DNA of 64,000 nt from Candidatus Gottesmanbacteria bacterium (GTDB lineage Bacteria; Patescibacteriota; Microgenomatia; UBA10105; UBA927), in assembly GCA_023245355.1 (NCBI GenBank), contig JAHFKN010000002.1, positions 72,460-136,459 on the forward strand, read 5' to 3'. Of this stretch, positions 9,637-19,650 are shown in pieces. The notes under the pieces are model-generated. The model was not told where the DNA came from. It was given only the letters and a program-made list of their open reading frames with translations, and did not search any database. Numbering within the stretch: position 1 is the stretch's first letter; the number at the start of each line of letters is the position of its first letter. The translations under genes and the position numbers were made by a program.

Positions 9637-10062
9637 CTACCTGCCTGACACTGCCTTGCCCAGTTTATCTATGAGCGCAAACATCCACCCCCGGCATAGA
9701 TAATACATCCGCATCCGGTCCGCATACCTTTTCCCGTATGCATCCTCAAGTGTTATCACGCTTCCGATGATAGCCGGTCTTGCAATCGGTGCATCGAGCT
9801 TTCGCGCATTGTCACCCATAAGATACCACCTATCCTGCCTTCTGGCGATGAGGCGGTGCATATAGAACAACCCGCTGCTGTAACAGAGCAACAAATCTCC
9901 CGGCTTGGGAACGGTTGTTACCGGTCGCACCACAACAAAATTGCCGGCGCGGGCTGTCGGATACATGCTCCCTGAAATAATTCTGATCCGTGCCGGGCCT
10001 TTCGACCGGATAAACCCGATCATTGCCTTCGCGGCTTTCCCTTTTATCGTTGCTGTTTCCAT
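9637..10062 (-). CDS. S24/S26 family signal-peptidase-like protein (Ser-His type)
   Basis: SGSMYP, GD, MHRL, MGDN..LD motifs; no obvious N-terminal TM; start uncertain. Confidence 0.8.
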   Translation of the reverse strand: METATIKGKAAKAMIGFIRSKGPARIRIISGSMYPTARAGNFVVVRPVTTVPKPGDLLLCYSSGLFYMHRLIARRQDRWYLMGDNARKLDAPIARPAIIGSVITLEDAYGKRYADRMRMYYLCRGWMFALIDKLGKAVSGR

Positions 10063-10079
10063 ACGTACAAAGCCGCCCG

Positions 10080-11183
10080 TCACATTCCGAGAGCTGCCCT
10101 TCCCATGAACCATATGATTTTGGGCCGGAGGAGCCGCCCATGCGGAACCAAATCACGGAGTAGTGTATCCAAAATGCCGATATCAGTAAATACGCGCTGT
10201 GCCCATTTGTTACGTGCATGATGCCATGCCTCCATCGATACACGCACCACAATAAAATGACGCAGAAAAAAATTCAGGTACGTACGAAAAGCCGGCGACA
10301 GCCCGAACAGCGCACGGACGGAAGAGGGAAGGGAAATCTTATAAAATACTGACCCCGCTTCTGCGATAAAAGAAAACAGTGTATACCACTGATATTCATT
10401 CAATAGGGCATAAAGCCGTCTGCGGTCCGCCGGACTCAGGGCCAGCAGGGAATGTACAATCTGATAGAGCGTATGCATGCCGAATCCCAAATCGTTGTAC
10501 CAAAAGCTTACCGCCAAATAGAACACATAATACGGAGGATCGGATACGCGCTTGCTACTTTCTTCATGTGTATATACGAGCATGTCGTGCGTTAATCGCT
10601 TTATCATGGTCATACGTTCATAAGACATGTCGCCGAAATGGGGATGCGCTACAAGCGTATGAATATCTATCCGGATACCGGAATGCGGGTTAGAAACGGT
10701 GCACTCCTTTGGCGGATATCGTTTCAGTGTATACCCCCGCTTTACATACCGGCGTACCAGCCCGTCACAGGCGCTGCCGGAAACAAGAACGTCAATATCC
10801 GAACTCACGTTTTCCCGGGAAAGAAAACCAGGGTGAAACGGACTGGTTTTATAAAAAACGGCGGTATACCGTCCGCGTCCGATGACTGATACAAGCGTCC
10901 GCAGCTCTTTGAGCTTTTTCCGGCAGTCTGACATCGCCGTAAATTCCGCTCCCATAAGCTGCTTCATAAATGAGTCGGATATATGACGCCGGCAGAATAC
11001 ACAATGAATATAATGAAACACGTTTCCGTATGCTTTGTTATAACTTGCAAGCCACAACAGCTCATGTTCCTGCTGCAGGGAAAGCTGGGGGATGTGCGGG
11101 CAAGCGCGTGATTCCGTGCTTACGATAGTCTCCCTCAGAACTGAGACGGTATCATTTCCGTCAATTGTATATGACTGTTTCAT
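10080..11183 (-). CDS. Nucleotidyltransferase family protein (NTP_transf_5-like)
   Basis: K..R.SSDIDVLV and IDIH motifs; about 370 aa; context with PqqD, kinase and S26 peptidase. Confidence 0.7.
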   Translation of the reverse strand: MKQSYTIDGNDTVSVLRETIVSTESRACPHIPQLSLQQEHELLWLASYNKAYGNVFHYIHCVFCRRHISDSFMKQLMGAEFTAMSDCRKKLKELRTLVSVIGRGRYTAVFYKTSPFHPGFLSRENVSSDIDVLVSGSACDGLVRRYVKRGYTLKRYPPKECTVSNPHSGIRIDIHTLVAHPHFGDMSYERMTMIKRLTHDMLVYTHEESSKRVSDPPYYVFYLAVSFWYNDLGFGMHTLYQIVHSLLALSPADRRRLYALLNEYQWYTLFSFIAEAGSVFYKISLPSSVRALFGLSPAFRTYLNFFLRHFIVVRVSMEAWHHARNKWAQRVFTDIGILDTLLRDLVPHGRLLRPKIIWFMGRAALGM

Positions 11184-11268
11184 GGAATGTGATCCGCCGG
11201 AGTATAATCGATTACGTTTCAATGTTTCACGATACTACAATAAAGTAATTTTTGTGTCTAATAAACAT

Positions 11269-12195
11269 ATGATAAGCGTCATTATTGCTACCAAAAACCG
11301 CCGCACACACCTGTTAGACTGTCTTTCATCGTTATCGGAAAACAGTGTATCAGATTTTGAAGTAATCGTTGCGGATCAGAAGCTGCCGCGTACCCCGCTT
11401 CCTGAATCCGTTTATAACAAACTCAAGCGCGTTACGCATGTTTTTGTCCCGCAGGGCGGAAAATCCGTAGCATTAAACCATGCAATCCGAAACGTTCATG
11501 GAACCATCGTTGCCTTTACCGATGACGATTGTATCGTTCCGAAAAATTGGGTGCAAAACATTCAAACCTATTTCCGTTTACACCCTGATGTTGCCGGTGT
11601 ATTGGGAAGCGCCAAGCCGTACAGAAAATATGCTCATCCCGGTTTATACTGTCCCGCCGTATACATACACCCGCGGCCGTATCTGCTCGTGAAGCCTCCG
11701 TATAAATCCTCAAAAATCGGCTTCGGGAATAACAATGCCGTGCGTCTTAACGCATTACGTCAGACAGAAGGGTTCCGTACGTGGCTCGGACACGGATATA
11801 CGCCGGGTCCTGCGGAAGACGCAGATATGGTTATCCAGCTGCTGCTTTCTGGACAAAAACTGGCGTATGAGCCGTCGATTGTTGTCATGCATAACCGTTG
11901 GCTGACTGCACAGGAATTCAGAAAACAGCATCTGCGCTACACATTCGGAGAATATGCCTGCATGGGATACTACGCCGCGCAAGGCAAACAATTTGCCGGT
12001 TCCGTTTTAAAACGGAAGTATGCTGCAGCGTTTTCCACGTTCATCGTTGCCATCCGCAACATATTATCGAAAGGCATCAACAGGAAAACGACCGGAACCG
12101 CATTCTGGAAAGCGGCCGAACCATGGATAGGAGCGGCCGGGATGATCTATGGGTGGTATCATGCTGTACATATCAATCCGCGCCCTTCCCTATGA
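11269..12195 (+). CDS. GT2 glycosyltransferase
   Basis: MISVIIATKNR, FTDDDC, AEDAD. Confidence 0.9.
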   Translation: MISVIIATKNRRTHLLDCLSSLSENSVSDFEVIVADQKLPRTPLPESVYNKLKRVTHVFVPQGGKSVALNHAIRNVHGTIVAFTDDDCIVPKNWVQNIQTYFRLHPDVAGVLGSAKPYRKYAHPGLYCPAVYIHPRPYLLVKPPYKSSKIGFGNNNAVRLNALRQTEGFRTWLGHGYTPGPAEDADMVIQLLLSGQKLAYEPSIVVMHNRWLTAQEFRKQHLRYTFGEYACMGYYAAQGKQFAGSVLKRKYAAAFSTFIVAIRNILSKGINRKTTGTAFWKAAEPWIGAAGMIYGWYHAVHINPRPSL

Positions 12196-13115
12196 ACGTA
12201 AGCGTCATTATTTCGACAAAAAACAGACCGGATCAGCTGATTTGCTGCCTCCGCTCGCTCATACGAAACTCGTTGGCTCCGAAAGAAATTATCGTGATCG
12301 ATCAGAGTGACACCTCTGTTCCGTTACAGTCTTTCGTCCAAAAAGCCGGGCGTCAACATGTCCGCATCAGACACATCCGGTCTTCCGGAGGAAACTTAAG
12401 CCGCGCGAGAAACGAGGGGGTCCGCCTGGCGGCAGGGGACATCTGCGCCTTTACGGATGACGACTGTATCGTATCCGACAGCTGGATTTATGAAATTGCG
12501 GATTCATTCCGCCGTTATCCCTCTGTTTCGGGCGTCTTCGGTTCAACAAAACCGTATCAGCCGTCGCGCCGCAGAAATATGATCTCTCCCTGCATAATCG
12601 ATCATAAAACGCCCCGCGTAATTACTAAACCCACACAACACTGGGACATGCTGGGGTTCGGAAACAATATGGCGTTTCAAAAAAAAGTATGTACTGATAA
12701 TCAATTCCGGACATGGCTCGGCGCCGGTTCCGTTTCCAAAAGTGCGGAGGATGCCGAATTTGCGCTGCGTTTACTCATTCAGGGAAAAACGCTGCTGACA
12801 AGCCCGAAGCCGGTCGTATATCACGATAAATGGCTGACGAAAAAAGAGGCAGCGGAAGCGGACCTCTTTTACACCAGAGGTGAGGCTGCGTGCTACGGAT
12901 ATTATTCCTTTTTGGGATTCGCGTTTGCTGATCATGTTATCAGATCAGATATAGCCCGTTTCGGTATGCAGATCAGGCGGAAAGTTGCCGGCGCTGACAC
13001 AGCGGTCTCACTGATATATGAGGCGCGGCTGTTTAAAGAAACGGTGACCGGCGCCTGTATCGGATTTCTCAAATCCCGTACGCAGCCCCTGAACATGCCG
13101 CGCATTGTGTCATAA
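12192..13115 (+). CDS. GT2 glycosyltransferase (tandem paralog)
   Basis: VSVIISTKNR, FTDDDC, GFGNN, AEDAE; ATGA overlap with previous gene. Confidence 0.9.
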   Translation: MNVSVIISTKNRPDQLICCLRSLIRNSLAPKEIIVIDQSDTSVPLQSFVQKAGRQHVRIRHIRSSGGNLSRARNEGVRLAAGDICAFTDDDCIVSDSWIYEIADSFRRYPSVSGVFGSTKPYQPSRRRNMISPCIIDHKTPRVITKPTQHWDMLGFGNNMAFQKKVCTDNQFRTWLGAGSVSKSAEDAEFALRLLIQGKTLLTSPKPVVYHDKWLTKKEAAEADLFYTRGEAACYGYYSFLGFAFADHVIRSDIARFGMQIRRKVAGADTAVSLIYEARLFKETVTGACIGFLKSRTQPLNMPRIVS

Positions 13116-14249
13116 AACGGATATCCGCCTTAAAATCTCACGCACTTTTATCTCCCAGCTTTGACGGAATGCCTCACGGCCCTGCATGGTTTGCTTCGAA
13201 TAATTCCACCCGTTCCGCTTCAGGGTACGTATAGACATGACCGCCTGACGCGGGGTACTGACGATATATAGTAACCCGTTTTTCCGGTACGGCTTCAGCG
13301 CCTCTATCTCAGTTGAGATAACCGGCTTTCCTGCAGCAAAATATTCGAGTGTTTTCATCGGAAATGAAAACCGGTTAAACAATAAACTGCTCCGATAGGG
13401 AATGATCCCGACATCTATGCGCTTAAGCACTGAAGGGATCCGGCTCTTCGGAACTGCCGGTGTCCACATTACGTTGGCATAACGGCACAATGATTGCAGC
13501 TGATCCGCTGCAGTATCTGTCTTCCCGAATACATTCCGTTCCAGCGGCCCGATGAACATAAACTGCACGTACGGTAATTGTTTGACAATCTGATCAAGCA
13601 GCGGAAAATCAATTCTGTCGCTGATGCTGCCGACGTAGCCGACCGTAAACGGTTGCGTATTTACACCACGCGGTACTGCGCGGGAAGCTGAAAATAATTC
13701 AGGGGTAAACCCAAGCGGTACGGGCTGCGTATCGCGCCGCTGTTTCCTAAGTTGAGCAGCAAGCGGCACGGAGTTGGCAAAAATCAAATCTGCCTTTCCC
13801 ATGCAAACGTCATGTTCTTTTTTTGCCGCAGGGGAAAAACCCGGATAATAATCAACACAATCGTACAGCTTTGTATACCCCCGCAAAATCCCAAGCAGGG
13901 GGGGAATATGAAACGGTTCAAAAAACCAAACAACCTTTCTGGTATTCCGATACTGTAATGCAAGATATATGTGCACCAGCATCACAACAGATACATACGT
14001 CAGCATCCGAATAGACCGGAAGCGCACTCCCGGCAATAAACTTACCGGACGAAACACAAGGGCTCCGCCGATCGTGCGTACTATCCAACGGTCTTTACTC
14101 AGAAGGAATCGCGGGAAAAAAATTATATCTCCCAAGCTGATGCCGTGCACCGGATGCGCACCGGACACGATCCGCATCGTTTGTAATACATAATCACATC
14201 CGCTTGCCAGCGGAGAATTAAAAAGAAATAAAACGGGTTCCTGATTCAT
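13110..14249 (-). CDS. GT4 glycosyltransferase (TuaH-like)
   Basis: YDCVDY, VGYVGSI, PMKTLEYFAAGKPVIST. Confidence 0.85.
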   Translation of the reverse strand: MNQEPVLFLFNSPLASGCDYVLQTMRIVSGAHPVHGISLGDIIFFPRFLLSKDRWIVRTIGGALVFRPVSLLPGVRFRSIRMLTYVSVVMLVHIYLALQYRNTRKVVWFFEPFHIPPLLGILRGYTKLYDCVDYYPGFSPAAKKEHDVCMGKADLIFANSVPLAAQLRKQRRDTQPVPLGFTPELFSASRAVPRGVNTQPFTVGYVGSISDRIDFPLLDQIVKQLPYVQFMFIGPLERNVFGKTDTAADQLQSLCRYANVMWTPAVPKSRIPSVLKRIDVGIIPYRSSLLFNRFSFPMKTLEYFAAGKPVISTEIEALKPYRKNGLLYIVSTPRQAVMSIRTLKRNGWNYSKQTMQGREAFRQSWEIKVREILRRISVL

Positions 14250-14307
14250 CATCGGCATTATATCAAGCGCGTGAAAATAGCGCCCCACTCTGTTACAATC
14301 TCCGCGC

Positions 14308-15300
14308 ATGAAAAAAAAATTACTGCGCGTTGTGATTGTCGGTGCGGGCTCATTCGGCACCAAAAGACTCGCAGCATGTTTGGATCTACCGCAACATTTT
14401 AAAGTGATTGCGGTTATTGACCCTTCTTCGGAACAACGCGCCCGTGTTACCGCTACGTTCCATGTTCCTGCGGTACCGGATTTCCAGTCCCTCAAAGAAC
14501 AGGCGGATTTAGCTATTGTTGCCACCCCGAACCTCTACCATGCCCGCATGAGTGTAGAAGCAATGCGGCGCAACATGCATGTATTATGCGAGAAACCTCT
14601 TGCGACAAGCGTCTCCGATGCGAAAAAAATTGTTGCTGCGTCCAAAAAATATAGGCGGATCGTAAAGACAGGGTCCAATCACAGATTTTTTCACACGGTA
14701 CAGAAAGCCAAAGAACTTTTCAATCAGGGTGCAATCGGAAAACTCCTGCTGTTTAAAGGGAGCATCGGCATAAACGGCTCAAAAGTTTCGCGCAAATGGC
14801 TTCTGGATCCCCAAATGTCGGGAGGCGGCACATTTATCGACAACGGCTGTCATCTGCTGGACATTGCCCGCATGCTCATGGGAAATTTTGCCCGCTGTAC
14901 GGCGGTAATGACCAATAATTTATGGAAAGAGGCAAAAGTAGAAGATATCGGATCTGCAATCTATACGACCAGAGATCACCGGCAGGCAATTATTACCGCC
15001 AGCTGGCTGCAATGGGCCGGATACTTACATATCGAACTCTGGGGAGAAAAGGGATATATCATCATCGACTCAACGACGCACGACACGGTAACCATCGGCG
15101 GTAAAGACGGAATATTCACGACGTACGATTATTCCAATGAGCGGAAGGACTCATACCACAGGGAGCTTTTATATCTTGCCGAATGCATACAAAAAAATAA
15201 ACAGCCGAGTCCTGATGCTGCTGACGGTGCTGCCGTCATATCTATGGTGGAGGCCGCATACACGGCGTCCCGTAAACATATATGGGTGCCCGTAACATAA
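14308..15300 (+). CDS. Gfo/Idh/MocA family oxidoreductase
   Basis: VGAGSFG, HVLCEKP, GGG..IDNGCH. Confidence 0.9.
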   Translation: MKKKLLRVVIVGAGSFGTKRLAACLDLPQHFKVIAVIDPSSEQRARVTATFHVPAVPDFQSLKEQADLAIVATPNLYHARMSVEAMRRNMHVLCEKPLATSVSDAKKIVAASKKYRRIVKTGSNHRFFHTVQKAKELFNQGAIGKLLLFKGSIGINGSKVSRKWLLDPQMSGGGTFIDNGCHLLDIARMLMGNFARCTAVMTNNLWKEAKVEDIGSAIYTTRDHRQAIITASWLQWAGYLHIELWGEKGYIIIDSTTHDTVTIGGKDGIFTTYDYSNERKDSYHRELLYLAECIQKNKQPSPDAADGAAVISMVEAAYTASRKHIWVPVT

Positions 15301-16394
15301 TTCCGGTTAACCGCCCGTCAGTACCTGCGCATGCAAAAAAATATCTCGATGAATGCGTCCGTTCTGGATGGTTTTCTTCTGAAGGTCCGTTCGTAAAACG
15401 GTTTGAGAATGAATTTGCGCGTTACCTCGGAGTGAAACATGCAGGTGCAACCAGCTCGGGAACTGCCGCGCTTCACCTGGCGCTACTTGCGCTCGGCGTA
15501 GGTCCGGGCGATGAGGTTATTCTTCCTGCAATGACAATCGCGTCGTGTTATTTTGCCATATGGTATACCGGAGCCAAAGCGGTGCCTGTTGACGTAGACC
15601 CGGAAACCTATTGCATAGATCCGGATGTAATCGACCGCGCCGTTACAAAACGCACGAAAGTTATCATGGTCGTTCATCTGTTCGGACACCCATGCGATAT
15701 GGACCCGATCATGATGCTTGCCAAAAAATATAAGCTCAAAGTCCTTGAGGATGCGGCAGAGGCACACGGAGCCGAGTACAAAGGCCGCAAGGTCGGATCA
15801 ATAGGGGATATTGCTATATTCAGCTTTTACGCGAACAAAATCGTGACAACCGGTGAAGGCGGCATGGTGGTATCCAATACCAAAACATATATTGAACGGG
15901 TCAACAAAATAAAAGCCCTCAATCATTCTAAAACCCGGTTCATCCACGACGGAATCGGGTATACGTATCTTATGAGCAACATGCAGGCGGCCGTCGGCCT
16001 TTCCAGTCTGGAGGAAATTGAACGGTCAATCGCAAGAAAACGTACTATGGCAACACTCTATCGCAACCAGCTTTCCGGCATATCCGGCCTTATCCTGCCG
16101 GTAGAAAAATCATGGGCGACAAATGTGTACTGGATGTACGCGGTGCGCATGGATCCGAAGGCTCATCTATCACGCAAAAAGCTCATTGATCTGCTCATGA
16201 CAAAATATGGCGTCCAAACAAGAACCTTTTTTTATTCTCCGCGTACCGCATTCAGAAAACTACAATTATTTAAAACGGATAGATTCCCTGTGGCAGAGGC
16301 GCTGGAACGGAGAGGGTTCTATTTACCGTCCGGACTTGGGAATACAAACATGGAATTTATCCGTACCTCGCATGCTCTTCAAAAATTACTTTAA
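15282..16394 (+). CDS. DegT/DnrJ/EryC1/StrS sugar aminotransferase (perosamine synthase-like)
   Basis: SSGTAALH, EDAAEAHG, FSFYANKIVTTGEGG. Confidence 0.92.
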   Translation: MGARNIIPVNRPSVPAHAKKYLDECVRSGWFSSEGPFVKRFENEFARYLGVKHAGATSSGTAALHLALLALGVGPGDEVILPAMTIASCYFAIWYTGAKAVPVDVDPETYCIDPDVIDRAVTKRTKVIMVVHLFGHPCDMDPIMMLAKKYKLKVLEDAAEAHGAEYKGRKVGSIGDIAIFSFYANKIVTTGEGGMVVSNTKTYIERVNKIKALNHSKTRFIHDGIGYTYLMSNMQAAVGLSSLEEIERSIARKRTMATLYRNQLSGISGLILPVEKSWATNVYWMYAVRMDPKAHLSRKKLIDLLMTKYGVQTRTFFYSPRTAFRKLQLFKTDRFPVAEALERRGFYLPSGLGNTNMEFIRTSHALQKLL

Positions 16395-17682
16395 ATTACC
16401 GCGGTTTATAGCAGGTGCTCTTCTGACCGGCACGGTCCTGTTGGGAGCGCGGTTTTTTTGGTTCACCCGTTCGTTTGCCGGAACACTTCCTTACATGGAT
16501 CAGCTTGAATTGTACTGGCCGTTCATACACAACCCTTCACCTTTGTCATTATTCCTTTATCAATATGGACCGCATAGACAGGGTATGGGGTACATTCTTA
16601 CATACGCGGTTGCCGCCGTCAGTCAATGGAATATTCCTACAGAAATTACCCTGAACGCACTCGTTCAAATTGGTACATGCATCGCTCTTCTTGCGCTCAA
16701 ACGGGCGGTGTTTCACCGCTGGCATATTACGGATATATTTATACCTCTCGTTGTATTTTCATACAGATACACGGAGTCTTTTACTATTGTTCCCAATATT
16801 TCTCTGGCGGTTTTTCCGATATTCCTGACTTTCCTGGGAATATACGTTTGGTTTATCCTTACGACTCCCTGGAAATATGCGCTGACTGCAGCAATTGCGG
16901 TCATCGTATTATTCAGCGGCTTCGGCATGCTCACGTTACCCCTATTTGCGTTACTTATCTGTGTACCGCTGTTTAGATTTCCGAATTCCGATATCAAGTA
17001 TGCGCATATCATAACGCCTCTGCTTATTCTTATTTCGGGAACGTCGGCATTTTTTTATAACTATCAATTTGATCCAGCGGTGTCGTGTCAGGTAAACCCT
17101 CTAATTGACTGGCCGGTATATTCTTCATTTATCGGTACCGAGGTGACCAGCTATTTTATACGGCCGAATTCTCTTCTTCCCCTGCATGGAGAATATTTAG
17201 GATTAACCGTATGGATATCGCTTGGAATACTGCTTGGACTCTCAGTCAATAGCTATTGGCAAAATAATCACCGCTCCTATCATGGCATTCATATCGTGTT
17301 ACTCGGAATACCGGTGTTATTCGCGGCAGCAAGCGCATTTGCACGAACATGCCTGGGCGTCGAGGCCGCGCGTGCGGGAAGATACGCGATTTTTTTCATT
17401 CCCGGATTAATATCCCTCTATTTTTTGCTTCTACGTTTTAAGGGGATGCTAGCACGGGGGACGCTTATCGCGTTCGTGAGTTTGTTTATGCTAAACGAGG
17501 TGGTTGTCTCCCGGGGATACACCGAGGTTGCAAAAAATCATTACCAATCTATGGAGCGTTGGCATACGTGCTACACGCAGCATTCCTCCATACCATACTG
17601 CAACGACGTTACTCAATTCTCTCTTATACCGGCCAGAATGAATACGATGGCCGGGGAAATATTGCGTCATATAGTACGATAA
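16372..17682 (+). CDS. Polytopic membrane protein, putative GT-C fold transferase
   Basis: About 11 TM segments; PYMDQ and GPHR loop motifs; start uncertain. Confidence 0.5.
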   Translation: MLFKNYFKLPRFIAGALLTGTVLLGARFFWFTRSFAGTLPYMDQLELYWPFIHNPSPLSLFLYQYGPHRQGMGYILTYAVAAVSQWNIPTEITLNALVQIGTCIALLALKRAVFHRWHITDIFIPLVVFSYRYTESFTIVPNISLAVFPIFLTFLGIYVWFILTTPWKYALTAAIAVIVLFSGFGMLTLPLFALLICVPLFRFPNSDIKYAHIITPLLILISGTSAFFYNYQFDPAVSCQVNPLIDWPVYSSFIGTEVTSYFIRPNSLLPLHGEYLGLTVWISLGILLGLSVNSYWQNNHRSYHGIHIVLLGIPVLFAAASAFARTCLGVEAARAGRYAIFFIPGLISLYFLLLRFKGMLARGTLIAFVSLFMLNEVVVSRGYTEVAKNHYQSMERWHTCYTQHSSIPYCNDVTQFSLIPARMNTMAGEILRHIVR

Positions 17683-17712
17683 ATGGACCATCTGTCGGCA
17701 GCAATTCTATAT

Positions 17713-18462
17713 TCATGACTTCGCCGCAAGAACCTCTTTAGCGGCAAGATATAAAAAATATATATTTTGGACTGTATATCTATACCAAAGACGCCGGGGC
17801 TCCTGAAGCAACCGGAACAACCACTCAAACCCTGAGCGTTGTACCCATCGGGGGGCCTGGCGCCGGGTTCCGGCAACAAAATCAAACGCCGCGCCTACCC
17901 CAATATAGACATTGGCATGTGCCATATGTATATGGGCATGCATCCACATCTCCTGCTTCGGCGTGCTTAACCCCACAAATACGACGTGCGGCTTCGCAGT
18001 CCTGATACGTTCCGTAATATGCTTGTCTTCTTCAGGAGTCAATTGACGGAACGGGGGAGCGTACGCTCCGCAAATAATAAGGCGGGGAAACCGAAGGTGC
18101 AAATGCATCGTTAGCGCCGTTAATGTTTCCTGCGTCGTTCCGTATAGATAGATTCTCCATCTTTTTTTCTGAGCTTCATCGCATGACGCGATAAACAAAT
18201 CCGGACCATAAATCCGCTGCGTTTTCGGAAACCCAAGCCACCTGCTTATCCACACAAGCGGCATGCCATCAGGAACGACGAGTGCCGCTTCCGCATGTGC
18301 ACGGAACACCAAAGGATTACGGCGCGATTCCACTACGCCGTGCGCTCCGGTAACGCAGATATACGCGTGTTCTTTTCGTGATATCCACCCCGCTATTTGC
18401 TGTACAACCCCGGAAATAGATCCCGAAAAAAATTTAAGCCCGAACATGTTACATACGTTCAT
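17713..18462 (-). CDS. WecB/TagA/CpsF (GT26) glycosyltransferase
   Basis: PDGMPLVW, GLSTPKQE, GVGAAFDF, EW.FRL.QEPRRL. Confidence 0.92.
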   Translation of the reverse strand: MNVCNMFGLKFFSGSISGVVQQIAGWISRKEHAYICVTGAHGVVESRRNPLVFRAHAEAALVVPDGMPLVWISRWLGFPKTQRIYGPDLFIASCDEAQKKRWRIYLYGTTQETLTALTMHLHLRFPRLIICGAYAPPFRQLTPEEDKHITERIRTAKPHVVFVGLSTPKQEMWMHAHIHMAHANVYIGVGAAFDFVAGTRRQAPRWVQRSGFEWLFRLLQEPRRLWYRYTVQNIYFLYLAAKEVLAAKS

Positions 18463-18556
18463 ACCATGCATAATGATACTATGACGCACTTTTGACTGCT
18501 AAAGTCATTTCTCAAATCAAATTTCGGGTTGTCTGCTTCCGCTACGTACAGTCAGA

Positions 18557-19558
18557 TTAGTTCCCGCATTGCATCATCTTTAAATCCGAAAGATATCGAA
18601 ACGTGTATTCCGCAATCAGCTCATGACCTTTTGCATTCGGGTGTCCGTCAGGCAACCCTCCCTCTGACTCATAAATATTCGGCAAGCCGCCGTATATCCA
18701 TGTATTTTCACGGTTGCTGGTCCAGTATTTCAGCTTCGCCATGTCCCGGGAGGGGAGATACGAAAATGTCGTAATAAGAACAGGGACTTGTTCGCGTGTT
18801 TCAAAAAAATCCATCCATGACGCATATACCTGTTCAAAAACGGAGTCTTCACTATATTGTTTTTTCATCTGACGCACTGCTTTATCCAGAGCGGGATCTG
18901 TATTAGGCCGGGCGCTAACCATGGCTTTTTCCTCATCGGTTAACTGTTCGGTCGTTTGCGCCACCATGGGATCAAGAACTTCTTTAATCCTGTTAAATCC
19001 TGACCCTGATTCGTGCCATATGATGAGGTCCGGATTATATTTTTTCCCCCTGCTTTTATACCGATACGCAATGTACTGTGCATCATACCCCCGTTCTCCG
19101 AGATTGATTACCTCGTACCGCCGGCCATCCTGACAGGGCGGAGAAGCATTTAGCATATCCTCAAGTCTTTCCGTCCAGTTGTCTTTCGTGTTTACATAGT
19201 GCCCGAAGGTAAATGAATCGCCCAGTGCGATTATCCGGTAGGTATTTTGGGGCTTGTCCACCATGTATTCATATCGCTCATTTAACGTGTCACTGTTAAT
19301 CGTATAGACTGCCGTATAGTCCAGCCATTCCGGTCGTTCTTCCTCTGTTGTATTTGGCTTCGGTTCATAATAGTATTTCAGCGGAGAATCTACCGGGAAT
19401 ATAAGATACTCTCTCCGTAAAGGCGCTATTGTCGTCGCTCCCAAAACATTCAGCCGGAATTTTGCCGTATAAAGAGAGACTACCATCATTACAATGACGC
19501 AAATCTCCGCAAAAATACAGAAAAAAATAAGAGCACCCGGAATCATTGATCTCTTCAT
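18557..19558 (-). CDS. Membrane-anchored SGNH/GDSL hydrolase
   Basis: N-terminal TM; LGDSFTFG, EVINLG, DGHPN; start uncertain. Confidence 0.85.
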   Translation of the reverse strand: MKRSMIPGALIFFCIFAEICVIVMMVVSLYTAKFRLNVLGATTIAPLRREYLIFPVDSPLKYYYEPKPNTTEEERPEWLDYTAVYTINSDTLNERYEYMVDKPQNTYRIIALGDSFTFGHYVNTKDNWTERLEDMLNASPPCQDGRRYEVINLGERGYDAQYIAYRYKSRGKKYNPDLIIWHESGSGFNRIKEVLDPMVAQTTEQLTDEEKAMVSARPNTDPALDKAVRQMKKQYSEDSVFEQVYASWMDFFETREQVPVLITTFSYLPSRDMAKLKYWTSNRENTWIYGGLPNIYESEGGLPDGHPNAKGHELIAEYTFRYLSDLKMMQCGN

Positions 19559-19650
19559 ACAAAAAACGATCATCGTACAATACCTCATCCATCGTCGTTT
19601 CAGACGTCCACTTGAACACGCAAAAGAAATACTAAAGAATACGTATCTAT

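Noticed and set aside
4155-11183. Canonical lasso peptide or PQQ biosynthesis cluster
   Set aside because: No lasso cyclase or B2 protease, and the core cannot form a macrolactam; no pqqB/C/E and no ExxxY core motif
11092-14525. Apparent long overlaps between GT and oxidoreductase ORFs
   Set aside because: Artefacts of longest-ORF start calls; probable starts are 11269, 12192 and 14249
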